Source of the DNA: Vicugna vicugna
Lineage: Eukaryota
Length of the DNA: 64,000 bases
Reading direction: 5' to 3'
Assembly: GCA_013265495.1 (NCBI GenBank)
Contig: MU058337.1
Coordinates: 64,001 to 128,000, forward strand
Each line of letters opens with the position of its first letter. The first letter of the stretch is position 1. The notes under the pieces were generated by a model, which made no database searches, was not told the DNA's origin, and saw nothing but the letters and a program-made list of their open reading frames with translations. The position numbers and the translations under genes are program-made. Of the stretch, positions 62,155-64,000 are shown in pieces.

Positions 62155-64000
62155 TGCCCTTGGCAACCACTAATGTACTTTTCATCTCTTTGGATTTGCC
62201 AATTCTGGGTATTTCATAAATGGAATCATACTATGCATGGCCTTTTGTGTCTGCCTTCCAGACCTAGCATAATGTTGTCAAGCTTCATGCATTCTGTAGC
62301 ATGGAACAGTACTTATTCCTTTTTACGGTGGAATAGTGCTCCATTGTATGGATAGACATTTTGTTTAGCTATTTTAATAGATGGGTATTTGGGTTGTTCC
62401 CTCTTTTCTGTTATTATAAATAATACTTCTATGAACGTTTACATATAGGTTTTTGCGTGGACATAGGCTTTATATTAACTTGGGTAATATGCCTACTAGT
62501 AGAATTTCTGGGTCATATAATAATCCTATTTTAAAATTTTGCAGAGCAATCAAACTGTTTTCCAAAGTGGCGCACCATTTAACAATGCTACTGAAGTTGT
62601 AAATTCTTCACAAATTTGTCAAGACTTGATATTGTCTGATTGTCTGACTTTTTTATTTTAATCATCTTAGTGGATGTTAAGTGTGTCTCTCTGTAGTTTT
62701 GATTTGCATTTTCTTAATTATTAAAGATGCTGAGCATCTTTTCATGTGCCTTTTAGTCATTTGTACATCTTCTTTTGAGAAATGTCTCTTCAAGTTCTTT
62801 GCCCATTTCTGATTAGGTTGTTTGTCTTTTCTTTGTTGAATTATAAAATTACTTTATATGTTCTAGAGGAAGGACCCTGTCAGATGTATAATTCTCAAAT
62901 ATTGTCTCCTATTCTGCAGATTGTATTTTCATTGTCTTGATGGTACCCTTTCTACCATATAGTTATTCATTTTGATATAGTTTAGTTTATCATTTTTTAT
63001 CTTGTGAGTTTGGTGTCATAACTAAGAAATCATTGCTTAATCCAAGGTCACAAAGATTTACTCCCACATTTCATGCAAAAAATTTTATAGTTTTAGCTCT
63101 TACATTTAGGTCTATGATTTAAGTTAATTTTTGTATATGATGTGAAGTATAAGTACAACTTCATTGTTTTGAATGCAATGTTCAGTTGTCTCTGCAGAAT
63201 TTGCTAAAAAAAAACCTACTGAGTCCCCATTGGATGGTCTTGACACCCTTGTCAAAAATTGACTACAGAGGTAAGAGTTTATCTCCAGACTCTTAATTCT
63301 ATTTCATTGACCTATATAACTATATGCTACTACCGTACTGTTTTGATTACTGTAGCTTTGTAGTAATTTTGAAATGGAAAGACTCAGTCCTGCAATTTGG
63401 TTCTTCTTCAAGATTGTTTTGGCTAGTCTGGGATCCTTGCATTTATAGGTTAATTTTAAGCTCAGAATGCCAATTTATGAAAAAAGGCCAGCTGCAATTT
63501 TAACAGGAATTGCATGTAATCTGTAACCAGTTTGGGGAGCCCTATTGTCTTTCTAACAGTAAGTTTTTTGATCCATAAACACAAAATGCATTTCCATTTA
63601 CTTAGGACTTCCTTAATTTATCCCAACAATGAGACAAATGTACAAAACTTGTATTTTTTCGGTTAAATTTATTCCCAAATATTTTATTCTTCTTGAGGCT
63701 ATTTGTAAATGTAATTATTTCCTTAAATTCATTTTTGATTGTTCATTGATAGTTGATAAAAATACAACTGATTTTTGTTTATTGATTTTGTAACCTGTAA
63801 TTTTGCATAACCCATTTATTAGTTATATTTGTGTGTGTAGCAGGGGAGGGGGGGTGATCCTTAGGATTTTCTATATGTAAGATCATGTTATCTGAGAGTA
63901 GATCATTTTACTTCTTCCTTTGCAATCTCAATTCTTTTTATGTTTCTGCCTGATTGCCATGGCTAGAACCTCTAGTATGTTATCAAGTTGAAGTTATGAG
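62155..64000 (-). mobile_element. Old L1 (L1MB/L1MC-type) 3' UTR and ORF2 part, runs off the window edge
   Basis: ggcaaccactaat...tggatttgcc.attctgg...ttgatttgcattttc...gagcatcttttcatgtgc...tttaggtctatgat...gtactgttttgattactgtagctttgtag...ggctagaacctctagta. Confidence 0.9.

Overview
Mammalian genomic DNA, probably from a camelid, judging by the Vic-1-type tRNA-derived SINEs and the L1 3' ends. The window holds the 5' end of MYO16 (unconventional myosin XVI) on the minus strand. Three coding exons can be read with canonical GT-AG junctions in compatible phases: exon 1 CDS 50001-49974 (MSHYHFIKC), exon 2 27900-27637 and exon 3 240-170. The gene continues past the left edge. A CpG-rich promoter/5' leader lies at about 50000-50400. 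The rest is intron and upstream sequence filled with MaLR/ERV LTRs, L1, L2, MIR, MER5, SINEs and simple repeats. The most interesting observations are hypotheses: (1) a CpG-rich candidate alternative first exon in intron 2 that splices in frame to exon 3 and would drop the PP1-docking KVRF motif; (2) a 5' leader with six upstream AUGs, ahead of a Cys-rich N-terminal extension; (3) a MER41-like LTR that keeps one intact STAT/GAS site; (4) a strong antisense bias of intronic LTRs. I found no prokaryote-type system (CRISPR, operon). Repeat family names come from recalled consensus sequences, not from a database search.
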